A stretch of DNA of 29,249 bases from the IMG/VR virus record IMGVR_UViG_3300049924_000419, positions 1 through 29,249 of that record; one strand, written 5' to 3'. The notes beneath the pieces were generated by a model. The model had not been told where the DNA came from and ran no database searches. It saw only the letters and a program-made list of their open reading frames with translations. Of the stretch, positions 9,043 to 19,010 are shown piece by piece; the first letter of the stretch is position 1; every line of letters begins with the position of its first letter. Position numbers and translations under genes: made by a program. Origin of the DNA: a virus (Duplodnaviria > Caudoviricetes).

Positions 9043-9068
9043 GGGGAGGGGGCGTGAGCCCCCTCCCC
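9043..9068 (+). terminator. GC-rich hairpin with GNRA loop after the capsid gene (terminator/attenuator or stabiliser; no U-tract)
   Basis: Perfect 11-bp stem GGGGAGGGGGC-GTGA-GCCCCCTCCCC starting 6 nt after the capsid stop. Confidence 0.55.
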
Positions 9069-9084
9069 CAGTTGGGGAGCTCCG

Positions 9085-9537
9085 GTGGCAAACTGGAACA
9101 TCAAACTAGAACATCCAGACCAAGTGGCTGCCGACATGGCGGTCATCAACAAGCGGCACCCAGACGACGTCACGCCCACAGAGCAGGCACTGCTCCTGGG
9201 CCAGCGTGACCAGAACTTCACCGAGTGGGACAAGCGCCTCTGGGACCGCAACGGCTATACAGTCGGCTTCAACCACCTCATGTCCGAGAACCAGGTCCAG
9301 TGGGGCCATAGGGCGGGCATCAACAGCGGTAATGGCCAGCACGAGTGCCGCATGGACATGCACCTCTTTCTGCAGCTTGGTGCATCTAAGTATCCTGAGG
9401 ACCCAGACTGGTGGAAGGATGACCACAAGTTCTACTCGTTCTTGCGCTCCCACCCGGAGCTTGATAGCCGGCCCGGCAAGAACAACCCGCGCGGGGAGAA
9501 GTTCCTCACCCGCCAGCTCGCTAACGTAATCGTCTAA
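9085..9537 (+). CDS. Hypothetical protein (head/neck region)
   Basis: GGGGAG SD before GTG; 150-aa ORF filling the gap with phage-like codon usage. Confidence 0.75.
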   Translation: MANWNIKLEHPDQVAADMAVINKRHPDDVTPTEQALLLGQRDQNFTEWDKRLWDRNGYTVGFNHLMSENQVQWGHRAGINSGNGQHECRMDMHLFLQLGASKYPEDPDWWKDDHKFYSFLRSHPELDSRPGKNNPRGEKFLTRQLANVIV

Positions 9538-9548
9538 GAGGAGGCATT

Positions 9549-10865
9549 TTGAAGCTCTATGGAGTTGCTCCGCACAACTACAACGCCAGCCACTGGTACC
9601 GCACCATGCTGCCGTGGCGCACTGCCCACCGCATGGGCATCGCCGACACGGTCATCGACAGCCCGGAAATCAAGGTCCCCCGAGAGGACGAGCGCCGGGC
9701 CATCGCCACCATGTACGCCGACATCATCCAGCACTACCAGAACTACAGCCAGGGCTTCAAGTTCAGCCGCGATACCGCCGCTACCTTCCCCAGCTACTGG
9801 GAGTCCAAGGAGCATTGGAACTTCGGCCCGAACTTCGTCTTCGACACCGACGATGACCTGTTTCGCGTGGAGCCCCTCAACCCTGCGTTTCGGGACCTGG
9901 GCACTAACTGGCAGGGCCAGACCATCCCACGTGGCCACCAGGTCACCATTGAGGTTCCCGGTGCTGGGCGGCAGGTGCTGTTTGCAGATGGCAAGGAGGG
10001 CTTCTCCGTAGAAGCCAACATGAAGAAGCAGGCCGCGCTACGCGACAACATCATTGCCGCGGACCTGGTCACCACCACAACCCACCGTTGCGCGTCCTAT
10101 GTGGCCCGCGAGTCAGGCAGGGGCGACATCCACGTCTACCCGAACTGCATTGACTTCAGTGATTGGCCGCGTGTGGACCTGGCCCAGGATGAGAAGGTCC
10201 GCATCCTGTGGGAGTCTAGCCACAGCCACTTCGAAGATATGTGGCCCTACGCCACGGCCCTTGGCGAGGTGCAGAAGAAGTACCCGAACGTAGAAATCAT
10301 CCTGTTCGGTGCCCCCTACAAGTGGCTGCGTGAGCAGCTGGTTGAGGAGCGCACCACCTGCCTGCCGTGGACCACGTACAGCAACTACATCTGGCGCCTG
10401 AGCACCCTGAACATGGACATCAATCTGGCGCCGCTGCACGATAGCGAGTTCAACCGCTGCCGCTCGGCCATCCGCATGTACGAGCCGGCGGCCTGCTGGA
10501 AGCCCGCTGCCACGCTGGCGGAGAACACGGGCGCGTTTGCGGACGAAATCATCGAGGGCGAGACTGGCATGCTCTTCTCCACAGTGGAGGAGTTCAAGAC
10601 CAAGCTGTCTGGCCTCATCGAGGACTCTGTGCTGCGGAAGCAGATTGCGGCCAACGCCAAGGACTGGGTCCGCACAAACCGCGACCCCATGCTGCATGTT
10701 CCCAAGCTCATTGAGGCATATCAGCGACTCCGCGACATTCGCCGGTCGGTGTCTGTTCCGCCACCGCCCATTGAAGAAGAGGAAGTGACCGCAGATGTCT
10801 CTGTTCCAGCCATCGACCCTGACGTTCGGGAATGCGAAGACGCAGGTAGCCCAGCAAGCCAGTAA
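9549..10865 (+). CDS. Glycosyltransferase, GT-B fold (GT4-like)
   Basis: GAGGAGG SD with TTG start; 'WYRTMLPW', 'FDTDDDLF', 'ADLVTTTT', 'YPNCID', 'DINLAPLHDSEFNRCRSAIRMYE', 'IIEGETGML'. Confidence 0.85.
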   Translation: MKLYGVAPHNYNASHWYRTMLPWRTAHRMGIADTVIDSPEIKVPREDERRAIATMYADIIQHYQNYSQGFKFSRDTAATFPSYWESKEHWNFGPNFVFDTDDDLFRVEPLNPAFRDLGTNWQGQTIPRGHQVTIEVPGAGRQVLFADGKEGFSVEANMKKQAALRDNIIAADLVTTTTHRCASYVARESGRGDIHVYPNCIDFSDWPRVDLAQDEKVRILWESSHSHFEDMWPYATALGEVQKKYPNVEIILFGAPYKWLREQLVEERTTCLPWTTYSNYIWRLSTLNMDINLAPLHDSEFNRCRSAIRMYEPAACWKPAATLAENTGAFADEIIEGETGMLFSTVEEFKTKLSGLIEDSVLRKQIAANAKDWVRTNRDPMLHVPKLIEAYQRLRDIRRSVSVPPPPIEEEEVTADVSVPAIDPDVRECEDAGSPASQ

Positions 10866-11709
10866 GCAGAACACCGCAGAGTTCCTGGCCCGTGCCGGCC
10901 AGAGTGTGCAGAAGGCCATCCAGAACTGGAACAAGTACAACTGGCGCTGGATGATGGTTCAGGCAGCTGACGTGACCGCCTCCGCTGGGGTCACGTCACT
11001 TGCGCTGCCCTACGACTTCAAGGACGTGTACACCCTTAGCGTGGTGTCTCCGGGGCGCCAGCGTGTCTTGACTGGCGTGCCACGGCGCATCTACGACCGG
11101 GTGGTCTATGACCAGACGCTGCCGAATGATGTGATGGGCTATGACCTCTTCACACAGGGCGCACTAGGCCGCATCTCCATTCATCCGGTGCCGGACACCG
11201 CAGAGACCATTCGACTGAAATACTACAGGCGCATGTGGGTGCCCTGCAGTGTCACCGCCACAGTGGCGGCGACGGGCGGCGCAGACACAGCCCTCGCTAG
11301 CGCCTCCGCGGTGGGCGGCTTTGCCGGCATCACCAATGGCTCCCCCATCTATGGTTTGGGCGCTGGGTGGGTGATGTCCTCCACACCCGCCACAGCCATC
11401 ATCACTAGCCCGTTCACCCTGACTGTCTCGGGGGCGAACATGACCGCGTCAGCTAATACTAGTGCTACGGCGGGGTTTGGTGGGGATGCGTTGGCGCTGG
11501 ATATTCCGGAGGACTTTGAGAACGGCATCATGAGCTGGGCCACACACCACTTCCTTAGCGGGTTGGGTGCGCCTGAGGGCCGGCTCAGCTACTACATTTC
11601 GCTGTCTGAGTCGGAGTTCCAGGAAGCCCGCGCCGCCAATGAGCGGTACGAGGACCAGGACATCTCCTTCGAAATTGCCACCCCGCCGTGGGGGCGTGGT
11701 GCGTATTAA
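10795..11709 (+). CDS. Head-tail adaptor / tail tubular protein A-like with a Ser/Thr/Ala-rich inserted domain
   Basis: 'W.WM....TASAG....LPYDF', 'IHPVPD....IRLKYY', 'DIPEDFE' adaptor pattern; position before nozzle-like gene. Confidence 0.7.
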   Translation: MSLFQPSTLTFGNAKTQVAQQASKQNTAEFLARAGQSVQKAIQNWNKYNWRWMMVQAADVTASAGVTSLALPYDFKDVYTLSVVSPGRQRVLTGVPRRIYDRVVYDQTLPNDVMGYDLFTQGALGRISIHPVPDTAETIRLKYYRRMWVPCSVTATVAATGGADTALASASAVGGFAGITNGSPIYGLGAGWVMSSTPATAIITSPFTLTVSGANMTASANTSATAGFGGDALALDIPEDFENGIMSWATHHFLSGLGAPEGRLSYYISLSESEFQEARAANERYEDQDISFEIATPPWGRGAY

Positions 11710-14329
11710 CATTGAGCCAGTGAGCGGTGGCCTTGTAACTGCGCGTGACCCGTCTGTGCTGCAGCCAGGAGAACTCCAGACTGCAGATGGTGTCATGTAC
11801 CTGCCTGACACAGACAGTGTGTGGCGACAGCCGGGCGGCAGCTTCTGGAGCACAGTGGCTAGTGTCAGCGCAGATGTGCAGGGGCTGGCTGCGTGCAAGT
11901 TCGACAATGGCACTCACCTCCTGGTGGCGCAGGCCAGCGGCAAGCTCTGGACTGCCAACGCAGAGACGAACAACAGTGCCTTCACCAGCGCCACCATCAA
12001 CTGCAGTGGCCGCAGCGACATCGACCGCCTGACCAGCACGCCCTTCGACACGCGCCACTATCTCTTCGATGGCGTGAATGACAACCGCGTCCTGCTGGAA
12101 GATGGCACTTCCCGGCAGCATGGGCTAGCCCCAGTCATCCAGGTTCCGGAATTCATCAGCATGAGCGCGGTGGGATTCTCTACCAGCGTCACCGGCTACT
12201 ATGAATATTGGTATACGGAGGTTGTCAAATTCGCGGACGGCCAGGAGCTGGAGAGCTCCTATGATAATCCGCTCGTCCTGACCGTGCTGGTCGCAAGCAC
12301 CGGAACATCCCCAGTGTTGGAGTTCCCGGGTAACCCGACCAACGCCGGCGTGGGCACAGCCTGCTCCTACAACATCTACCGCAGCGAGATGAAGACGGCA
12401 GAGAACGACGTTCTCTACCCTGTGGGCCGCATGATTTACAACCTGCCTACAACCAACAACGCCGGCACAGGCGTACGCCTCACCTACGTAGACACAAGCA
12501 CATCTGCCAACACCGGCGTGAAGACAGCATCTTCCAATGACGCAGTTGCCCTATTGAACGTGACGACCGCGGTCACCGACCGCGACACCATCGTGTTCAC
12601 ACGCGCTAACGGCGCGACCACCGGACACAACCGTGTGGCCCTCATGCGCCTCCACGACTTCAGCCTGGGCACGTTCGTCGGAAACGTGGTCGGCATCTCC
12701 ATCTCTGTCACCGCAAAGGCCAGCGTGGCCGACTGCGCCCAGATTGTCGTGGGGCCGTGTCATAGGCGCGATTCCAACAACATCGACGTAATCCCAGCAC
12801 AGGGGTCGTCAAGTGCCTTCACGCCGGGCGCCGCCACCGGCGGCCCGAGTAGCCTAAGCGTTGGGCTCGGTACACTGGCCAGCCGTGCGCGCACCGTCAC
12901 TACCACATCATATACGCAGTACACGTTTGGAGATGCCACGGACGACTTCCTGCCGGCGCAGTATAGCTGGCGCGGGGGAGACTTCGACAGCAACTTTGCT
13001 GTTCACATCGGCATCGAGTTCCTCCCAAGTACCAGCGGCACCGAGACAGTCAGTATTGATGGGGTGTCCGTCACGGTCTATTATGCGGCTACGAGCAGCG
13101 CCACCAAGTCCGACCAGCGTGTCTATCCCTCCGTCATTGTGGAGGATGCGGGCGCGGAGCTGCGCTATGGGGCCAATGGCAAGCCACCTAAGGCCAGCAT
13201 GGGCGTGGAGTTTGAGGGGGCGCTGGTAACCAATGATGTGGCCAACCCGAACAAGCTGGTGTGGTCCATCCCCGGCAGTCCGGACTACTTCCCGAATGGC
13301 GTCTACTGGCTGGACCTGCCGGGCGATGGCATCACCGCGCTGGGGGTAGCCAACAACCGCCTTGTCGTCGGCATGGCCGGCCGCATCTACCGCGTCAACT
13401 ACCTGCCCAACGAGAGTGACGCCAGCTTCAGTCGTGGCCGCGCGTTCGAGCTCCTCAGCAGCTCCGTAGGCGTGCTGCACCAAAACTGTGTTGCCTCGTT
13501 CACTACGCCGGAGGGGCGGCAGGAGTTGGCAATCGCAGACGCCAATGGCATCTTCTCCACAGACGCATACTCGGTGCGCAAGCTCAGCAGCGACCTGCAG
13601 TGGGTGGGGCCGCTAGCCACCTCTGTGTTCCCGGCTGGCGCGCCCTCGATTTCCAATGCGACCATCGCCCTACTGAATGACCCGCGCACCCAGACAATCC
13701 GCTTCCTCACCACGCAGGATAGCGGCCGCTACTTTGCCGGCAGCTATGCTGCACGGCACGCTAAGCCAGGTGGGCTGAAGTGGAGCAAGTGCAGTGCCGG
13801 CTACAACACTGGCGGAAATATCTACGTTCCGACTGCGGGTGTCTGCTTCCGACGAGCATCCGGCGCGTGGATTAGCGCCTATGCGTACGCTAGTGGTGTG
13901 AATCCAGGTGGGGGCGGCAGCGTCACACGCGAGGACAGCCACGACACCACCACGTTCAACACCGTCCTGAACAGCGCGGTTGTGCCCACCGTGCGCACCC
14001 GTGAAATCTACGAGAGCGGCATTGGTGGCGAGGCAGAAGTGGGCTCTGTCATCGTCCATGGCGTAGACCGGGAGACGAGCAACGGCACCAAGAACATTGG
14101 CGGCACGGCCTCCTTCAGCCAGTACTACACCAACGCTGCGCGCAACACCGCAACCACCGCAACGGTCCCCGGCGGCGTCACCACCTGCCGCCTGTCCGAG
14201 ACAGGCGTAGGCTCGGTGAACTGTGATGGGTTCTCCACGGGACTGGCTATCGACACCACAGGCATGTTCGAGCTGCAGTCCATCGGCCTGCGTACCGAGA
14301 GTTTCGGGGAGAGTGACGACCGTGCGTGA
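11699..14329 (+). CDS. Tail nozzle / stabilisation protein (P22 gp10 / T7 gp12-like, beta-propeller type)
   Basis: Probable GTG start overlapping adaptor stop (MRINIEPVSGGL); beta-rich; 'NKLVWSIPGSPDYFP', 'DGITALG', 'SVGVL', 'VRKLSSDL' typical of podovirus tail tubular B. Confidence 0.7.
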   Translation: MRINIEPVSGGLVTARDPSVLQPGELQTADGVMYLPDTDSVWRQPGGSFWSTVASVSADVQGLAACKFDNGTHLLVAQASGKLWTANAETNNSAFTSATINCSGRSDIDRLTSTPFDTRHYLFDGVNDNRVLLEDGTSRQHGLAPVIQVPEFISMSAVGFSTSVTGYYEYWYTEVVKFADGQELESSYDNPLVLTVLVASTGTSPVLEFPGNPTNAGVGTACSYNIYRSEMKTAENDVLYPVGRMIYNLPTTNNAGTGVRLTYVDTSTSANTGVKTASSNDAVALLNVTTAVTDRDTIVFTRANGATTGHNRVALMRLHDFSLGTFVGNVVGISISVTAKASVADCAQIVVGPCHRRDSNNIDVIPAQGSSSAFTPGAATGGPSSLSVGLGTLASRARTVTTTSYTQYTFGDATDDFLPAQYSWRGGDFDSNFAVHIGIEFLPSTSGTETVSIDGVSVTVYYAATSSATKSDQRVYPSVIVEDAGAELRYGANGKPPKASMGVEFEGALVTNDVANPNKLVWSIPGSPDYFPNGVYWLDLPGDGITALGVANNRLVVGMAGRIYRVNYLPNESDASFSRGRAFELLSSSVGVLHQNCVASFTTPEGRQELAIADANGIFSTDAYSVRKLSSDLQWVGPLATSVFPAGAPSISNATIALLNDPRTQTIRFLTTQDSGRYFAGSYAARHAKPGGLKWSKCSAGYNTGGNIYVPTAGVCFRRASGAWISAYAYASGVNPGGGGSVTREDSHDTTTFNTVLNSAVVPTVRTREIYESGIGGEAEVGSVIVHGVDRETSNGTKNIGGTASFSQYYTNAARNTATTATVPGGVTTCRLSETGVGSVNCDGFSTGLAIDTTGMFELQSIGLRTESFGESDDRA

Positions 14330-14627
14330 GTGGAAAGGTAGCAACAACGCGGCATTCACGGGGCAGCAGCGCCAGGCCATCGAGGGCATCAGCACTCAGC
14401 TGCATGAGCTGGCCCGAAGCAGCAACTTGCTCAGCCAGAACAGGGTTCCGAGCCGCGGCGGTAGCTCCTTCGTGGTCTCTAGCGCCCGTATGCCGGATGG
14501 GGACTATGGGGATGTGCGGGTGTCCGGTACTGGGTCCCGGCTGACCGTCGAGGCCACGGGCGGGACCATCCTTTTTGACTGGTGGCGGACAGGTCCATCT
14601 GGCGCCCGGCACCTACACGCTGACTGA
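14322..14627 (+). CDS. N-terminal part of tail fibre (separate frame from 14575-18036)
   Basis: GGGGAGAG SD and GTG overlapping previous stop; helical N-terminus then '[13 protein letters not shown]', a motif seen in fibre proteins. Confidence 0.6.
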   Translation: MREWKGSNNAAFTGQQRQAIEGISTQLHELARSSNLLSQNRVPSRGGSSFVVSSARMPDGDYGDVRVSGTGSRLTVEATGGTILFDWWRTGPSGARHLHAD

Positions 14628-17600
14628 GAAGATTGTCATGTCGGCTGGAAACGTGCACCTGCACGGCTCGGGGGAAGGTGTAACCATCCTTGTGGGTGGC
14701 GTGGACGCCGACACGGACATCATCCAAATCACACAGGCTGGTAGCCATGTCACGGACATGTCCATCTACGGCTACAACGCAATCGCAACGGGCCTTACGA
14801 ATGGCGCGGGGGCGGTGGGCAGGGGCCGGGGGATTGCCATCGAGATTCCTGTGGCTGGTGGAGACTTCTACACTGGCGTCCGCATTGAGCGCGTCACCAT
14901 CCTGTGCACATCTTCGTGGTGCATCTACGACAGCGGCTTCATCCGCTACGAGGACCTGTCCACCATCGCCACGGGCGTCACCGACACGGCTGGGACACGG
15001 TTCCCACTGTTCGGCTTCGACACGCCTGTGTTCTCCGCCTCCTACAGCCTGCCGTGCAACACTACGCTGGCCAGCACGAACATCGTCTCTACGGCGCTGG
15101 GGCAGTTCGGGCCGGTGGGGGAGTCCGGGTATCCCGGCACAGGGATGCACGTCACGGGGTCCGGAGTTCCGGCCGGGACCTATGTGTCGTCCAAGACGGA
15201 TGCTAACAACATCGTCTTGACTCAGGCGTGTGTCGCGCCAGCGCCCCAGACCGGAACGACGCTGCTGTTCGACCATGTCTATCCGTGCACCACGACAGCC
15301 GGTTCTAAGACCATCGGCTCTGCCGCAAGATTCGGCGGCGTTGCTGTGGCGTCCATCGTGCCGGGGATGTGTGTGCATGGGACGGGCGTTCCGAATGGCA
15401 CCTATGTTGTGTCCAAGACGAACCCGAGCACGCTGGTTCTGAACAATGCCTGCACAGTGACCGGGTCTCCCACCCTGACGTTCGACCACCTGACGAAGAT
15501 GTGCCTTGCGGTCTGCCTCCGCATCATCGACTGTACGCTGGCGTTCCCGAACTCGGGTGGCGTGTTGTTCGAGGGCTGGGGCAGCAGCGCAAGCATAACG
15601 AGTGGGCTGCTGACGAACAGCTATAGCTTCGGCTCGTTCTGTGCAGTCGGGCCGGGTGGTGCCACGTCTCTGGATGCTGTGTCAATGGGGGCGGTTCACC
15701 AGCTTGGAACGTTGGACAAGGTGTTCGACAACAAGTGCGTGTTCCAGTCGCCCAGTGCGCAGTCTGGCGGAATGGCCGTGCCGCACGATGATGTGGACGC
15801 CACGATGCTGTCGTTCAACTCCTGTGGCGTCACCCAGCTTTACGGCGCATACTTCGAGGTTGGGTCAGCGTACTGCCTTGATGGGCGAGACATGCTGGCG
15901 CGGGGGCTGGACGCATTCGGTTACCGCGAGCACTGGTTCGTCACGCTGGCGAACTGCGTGGACATCACGTTCCGAGACCCCTACTTCATCAGCGTCAAGC
16001 GCCGTAAAGACCCCGCGACTATCCTGAGTAATGGGGACTACGCGGATGGGTATCCGCTGCGCTTGTTCCGGGGCCTATCTGGGTACACAGGCGGCAATGG
16101 TGGCGGGCTGGTTGTGGAGGGTGGGCACGCGCTGTTCTACCGCGACTACTACTCCAATGATGGTGTCCGCACTGCTCCGGTGTTCCCGTGGGAGTTCGGG
16201 GACATGAAGCCGGTCCCAGAGAACGGCAGCGTGAATAGCGCGCCGTGGGACAAGGACGACCTCTACTTCCCGGCGTTCTTGACGGGAGATAGGAACCACC
16301 CGTTCATCGTCAGGAACTTCCACATCGCCAACTTTGAAACTGGCGTGGTCCGCGACATCAGCGTTTATCCGGGCTTCGGGGTGGACAATCAGGACACCGA
16401 GCTTGTCGAGGACTTCGGGCTGGGGCGGTTCCGGATGGGCGACGACTTCGACCAGTCGGGTATCACAGGCGGAAACGTCCGTGACATCAGTGCACGCACC
16501 TCATTCTCCAAGGTCTTCCGTGGCGGTATGCACGCCTATGCGCGTGGGGTTGGACACAACAATATTGTCTGCACTACCCACTCCACTAATGTCATCAACT
16601 CTGCTGGGCTGTTCACTGGCACAGCTGTAGAAATTGGGATGCTGGTTGAGGGCTCGGGGATTCCAGCCGGGGCGTATGTTACAGCCATTGGGTCGGCGAA
16701 CGACCTGACTATTTCTGCTGCTGCCACCACGTCTCTGCCGACTGTTTCGCTGCTTTTCTACGCCAATGGGACAAAGCAGCGCGAGGGGTTGTGGGTGGTG
16801 TCGAACCGCGAGGCCAACTGGCGGCAGATTCCCTACATGCGCATTGGCGCGGGCATCTGGTCGAGCATCTACGCTGGTGACCTGTGGATGGAGCTGAGTG
16901 GGGCTCCCATTGCGAGCGTCTACCCCAACGCCCAGTTCAAGTGGTATGACGGCTCGGCGTGGCAGGCTCCGCTGAACCGCTCCATCGGCACGGCCGCTGG
17001 CGACCTCATTACATACACGGCGAGCGACACCCCAGCGCGGCTGCCAATTGGCACGACTGGCCAGGTCCTGACTGTCTCGGGCGGGGCACCGACCTGGATG
17101 CCGCCGGTGGTGGTCCCGGGACCGCCGGGGCAGGATGGGCAGGACGGGGAGGGCGGCCCTCCTGGACCTCCGGGCGCGACTGGGCCTGCCGGTGCTGCTG
17201 GTGTTGCTGGGGCTATGGGCATGCCGGGAACAGATGGAGAAGATGGTGCGGCAGGACCCCCTGGGCCGACCGGGCCATCTGGGGCGACCGGGGCCGCTGG
17301 TCCTACCGGCCCCGCAACGCCGGGGTATCCGGGCGACGATGGTGAGGATGGACAACCTGGGCCGCCCGGGCTACAGGGCGCTACTGGGCCGATGGGGCCG
17401 ACTGGTCCAGCCACTCCCGGCGTGCCCGGCCAGGATGGGGACGACGCCAACACCTTCCAGACAGGCACCACCTCTGGCGAAATCGACCGCGGGAAGCTGG
17501 GGGCGTCTGCCAAGAACTGGACGTTCCTGGGCAGGGGCACCGCCAGCACCGCGGTCCGGACAAATGTGGTATCATGGGTGGGTCAGTACGGCCAGCTGAT

Positions 17601-18036
17601 GGTCGAATACTTCATCTCTGGGTACTCTGGAGCCTCTATCGGGCGCATCATTGTCGGCCCGAGCTCCGGCCTGTCCGAGACAGCAACAAATCACTGCACC
17701 AGCCTCATTGAGGGCGTGACGCTCAACACTACATCGGTCTCGGTTCCTGGTTGGCCAACAGCTGTAACTGCAAGCACCAACCCACGTTATGGGTGGATGT
17801 TCATCAGTAATATTGCCTCTGTGGTCAAGCGCATGACCGGCCATGGGCAGCATAGTGGCACGGCCGCGACGGTGGTCCCAACACAGATGCGTATGGCTGG
17901 AATGATGTCTGATGCGACCAACAGCATCCAGCAGATGGAGTTGGCCAACTACGCACTTATCACGGGCACCGCAATCAGCGCCCTCACTTTCAACGCCGGG
18001 ACGTACTTCAACGTCTGGGGAAGGAATACAGACTAA
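14575..18036 (+). CDS. Tail fibre/spike: pectate-lyase-like beta-helix, repeated beta modules, collagen-like segment, C-terminal domain
   Basis: '[12 protein letters not shown]...NVHLHGSG' beta-helix entry motif; fibre motif 'AAGDLI...[18 protein letters not shown]'; Gly-X-Y run. True start uncertain (TTG, weak SD). Confidence 0.8.
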   Translation: MTGGGQVHLAPGTYTLTEKIVMSAGNVHLHGSGEGVTILVGGVDADTDIIQITQAGSHVTDMSIYGYNAIATGLTNGAGAVGRGRGIAIEIPVAGGDFYTGVRIERVTILCTSSWCIYDSGFIRYEDLSTIATGVTDTAGTRFPLFGFDTPVFSASYSLPCNTTLASTNIVSTALGQFGPVGESGYPGTGMHVTGSGVPAGTYVSSKTDANNIVLTQACVAPAPQTGTTLLFDHVYPCTTTAGSKTIGSAARFGGVAVASIVPGMCVHGTGVPNGTYVVSKTNPSTLVLNNACTVTGSPTLTFDHLTKMCLAVCLRIIDCTLAFPNSGGVLFEGWGSSASITSGLLTNSYSFGSFCAVGPGGATSLDAVSMGAVHQLGTLDKVFDNKCVFQSPSAQSGGMAVPHDDVDATMLSFNSCGVTQLYGAYFEVGSAYCLDGRDMLARGLDAFGYREHWFVTLANCVDITFRDPYFISVKRRKDPATILSNGDYADGYPLRLFRGLSGYTGGNGGGLVVEGGHALFYRDYYSNDGVRTAPVFPWEFGDMKPVPENGSVNSAPWDKDDLYFPAFLTGDRNHPFIVRNFHIANFETGVVRDISVYPGFGVDNQDTELVEDFGLGRFRMGDDFDQSGITGGNVRDISARTSFSKVFRGGMHAYARGVGHNNIVCTTHSTNVINSAGLFTGTAVEIGMLVEGSGIPAGAYVTAIGSANDLTISAAATTSLPTVSLLFYANGTKQREGLWVVSNREANWRQIPYMRIGAGIWSSIYAGDLWMELSGAPIASVYPNAQFKWYDGSAWQAPLNRSIGTAAGDLITYTASDTPARLPIGTTGQVLTVSGGAPTWMPPVVVPGPPGQDGQDGEGGPPGPPGATGPAGAAGVAGAMGMPGTDGEDGAAGPPGPTGPSGATGAAGPTGPATPGYPGDDGEDGQPGPPGLQGATGPMGPTGPATPGVPGQDGDDANTFQTGTTSGEIDRGKLGASAKNWTFLGRGTASTAVRTNVVSWVGQYGQLMVEYFISGYSGASIGRIIVGPSSGLSETATNHCTSLIEGVTLNTTSVSVPGWPTAVTASTNPRYGWMFISNIASVVKRMTGHGQHSGTAATVVPTQMRMAGMMSDATNSIQQMELANYALITGTAISALTFNAGTYFNVWGRNTD
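15052..16761 (+). repeat. Three copies of a ~65-75 aa beta module in the fibre (15052-15276, 15283-15489, 16570-16761)
   Basis: [15 protein letters not shown] / [15 protein letters not shown] / [15 protein letters not shown], each preceded by C(N/T)T and followed by an L..F motif. Confidence 0.8.
17119..17445 (+). repeat. Collagen-like Gly-X-Y repeat
   Basis: [25 protein letters not shown]... with two 'GPATPG' register interruptions. Confidence 0.9.
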
Positions 18037-18374
18037 TGCCTGGAACCATCAAACGCCTTGCCGGCCCTTTGGCCCTCACCACTACACTCACAACCAACGT
18101 CTACAACAACACCTCCGCCCTTATTTACGATGTGATTCGTCACATCCACATTGTAAATAAGACTGGCACAGCCGCAACCTTCACCCTCTATCTTGGTGCT
18201 ACTGGTGCCAACGCCGCGGGCACTGAGCTCTGGACCGCGCAGACTGTAGCTGCCAACAGCTCATTCGACTGGTATGGGTCCATGCGCATGAATAGTACGG
18301 ACTTCCTGGTTGGCGGCGCTGGTACTACAACTGCGCTGACCATCTCCATCTTTGGTGAGCAGAACGTTGTCTAA
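18036..18374 (+). CDS. Small beta-rich virion structural protein
   Basis: TAATG coupling; T/A-rich all-beta pattern 'IRHIHIVNKTGTAATFTLY'. Confidence 0.7.
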   Translation: MPGTIKRLAGPLALTTTLTTNVYNNTSALIYDVIRHIHIVNKTGTAATFTLYLGATGANAAGTELWTAQTVAANSSFDWYGSMRMNSTDFLVGGAGTTTALTISIFGEQNVV

Positions 18375-18383
18375 GGGGGCATT

Positions 18384-19010
18384 ATGAATGGAGCAGGTGG
18401 GATGATGGGCGGGCCGTGGGGCATGTTTGCCATGTCCATGCTGCCTGCGCTGCTGGGGCAGCTGATGCCCCACGACGACCCTAAGCGGTTGCGGCAGATG
18501 GCGTTGGACCAGTTCAATCCAGCGAACATCAGCAATGACCAGCAGTCCCTGTTCACGAACATGATGAATGGGGCCGGCATGAACCAGGCGCGGTCTGAGA
18601 CCATCGGGTCGGCACAGGCCGGCATAGGCGCCATCCAGCGCCACCTGGGCCAGACGGGTCTTGGCCGGTCGGGCGTGGGCACCGCGGCGCTGGGTGCTGC
18701 AGCAGCTGCGCCGGGTATCAACCTGGGGCGGCTGACCGCGGATGCGTGGGGCCGGGCCTCACAGCAGGCCCAGGGGCTGGCACAGCAGCGTGCCGGCACC
18801 ATCATGGGGATGCCGCAGCAGCCGAACATGGCCATGCCCCTGATGGGCGCCGGCCTGAACTCCTTCATGCCCTTCCTGTTCAAGTTGATGCAGCAGAAGC
18901 AGGGCATGGGCGGCATGCACCAGAATAGTCCTATTGGCGAGGCCCAGTGGCCGGGCGCTGGTGGTGACTGGTCGCAGGCGGGGCAGTGGCCCCGTCCGTG
19001 GGGCCGCTAA
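18384..19010 (+). CDS. Internal virion / ejection (pilot-like) protein
   Basis: G/A/M/Q-rich 208 aa with hydrophobic stretches; first gene of a three-gene ejection-type cluster. Confidence 0.6.
   Translation: MNGAGGMMGGPWGMFAMSMLPALLGQLMPHDDPKRLRQMALDQFNPANISNDQQSLFTNMMNGAGMNQARSETIGSAQAGIGAIQRHLGQTGLGRSGVGTAALGAAAAAPGINLGRLTADAWGRASQQAQGLAQQRAGTIMGMPQQPNMAMPLMGAGLNSFMPFLFKLMQQKQGMGGMHQNSPIGEAQWPGAGGDWSQAGQWPRPWGR

Noticed and set aside
11567-11698. Longer ORF-track starts for several genes (11567, 6750, 14223, 18986, 23247, 24165, 24313, 27952)
   Set aside because: Extensions overlap upstream genes; downstream starts with SD or stop/start coupling fit better.
15052-15489. Duplicated fibre segments as possible DGR template/variable repeats
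   Set aside because: Both copies are in-frame coding, differ at all base types rather than only adenines, and no reverse transcriptase is in the window.
17119-17445. Periodic GC-rich DNA that could be mistaken for a CRISPR or tandem array
   Set aside because: Explained by Gly-X-Y codons; no identical repeats with unique spacers and no cas genes.
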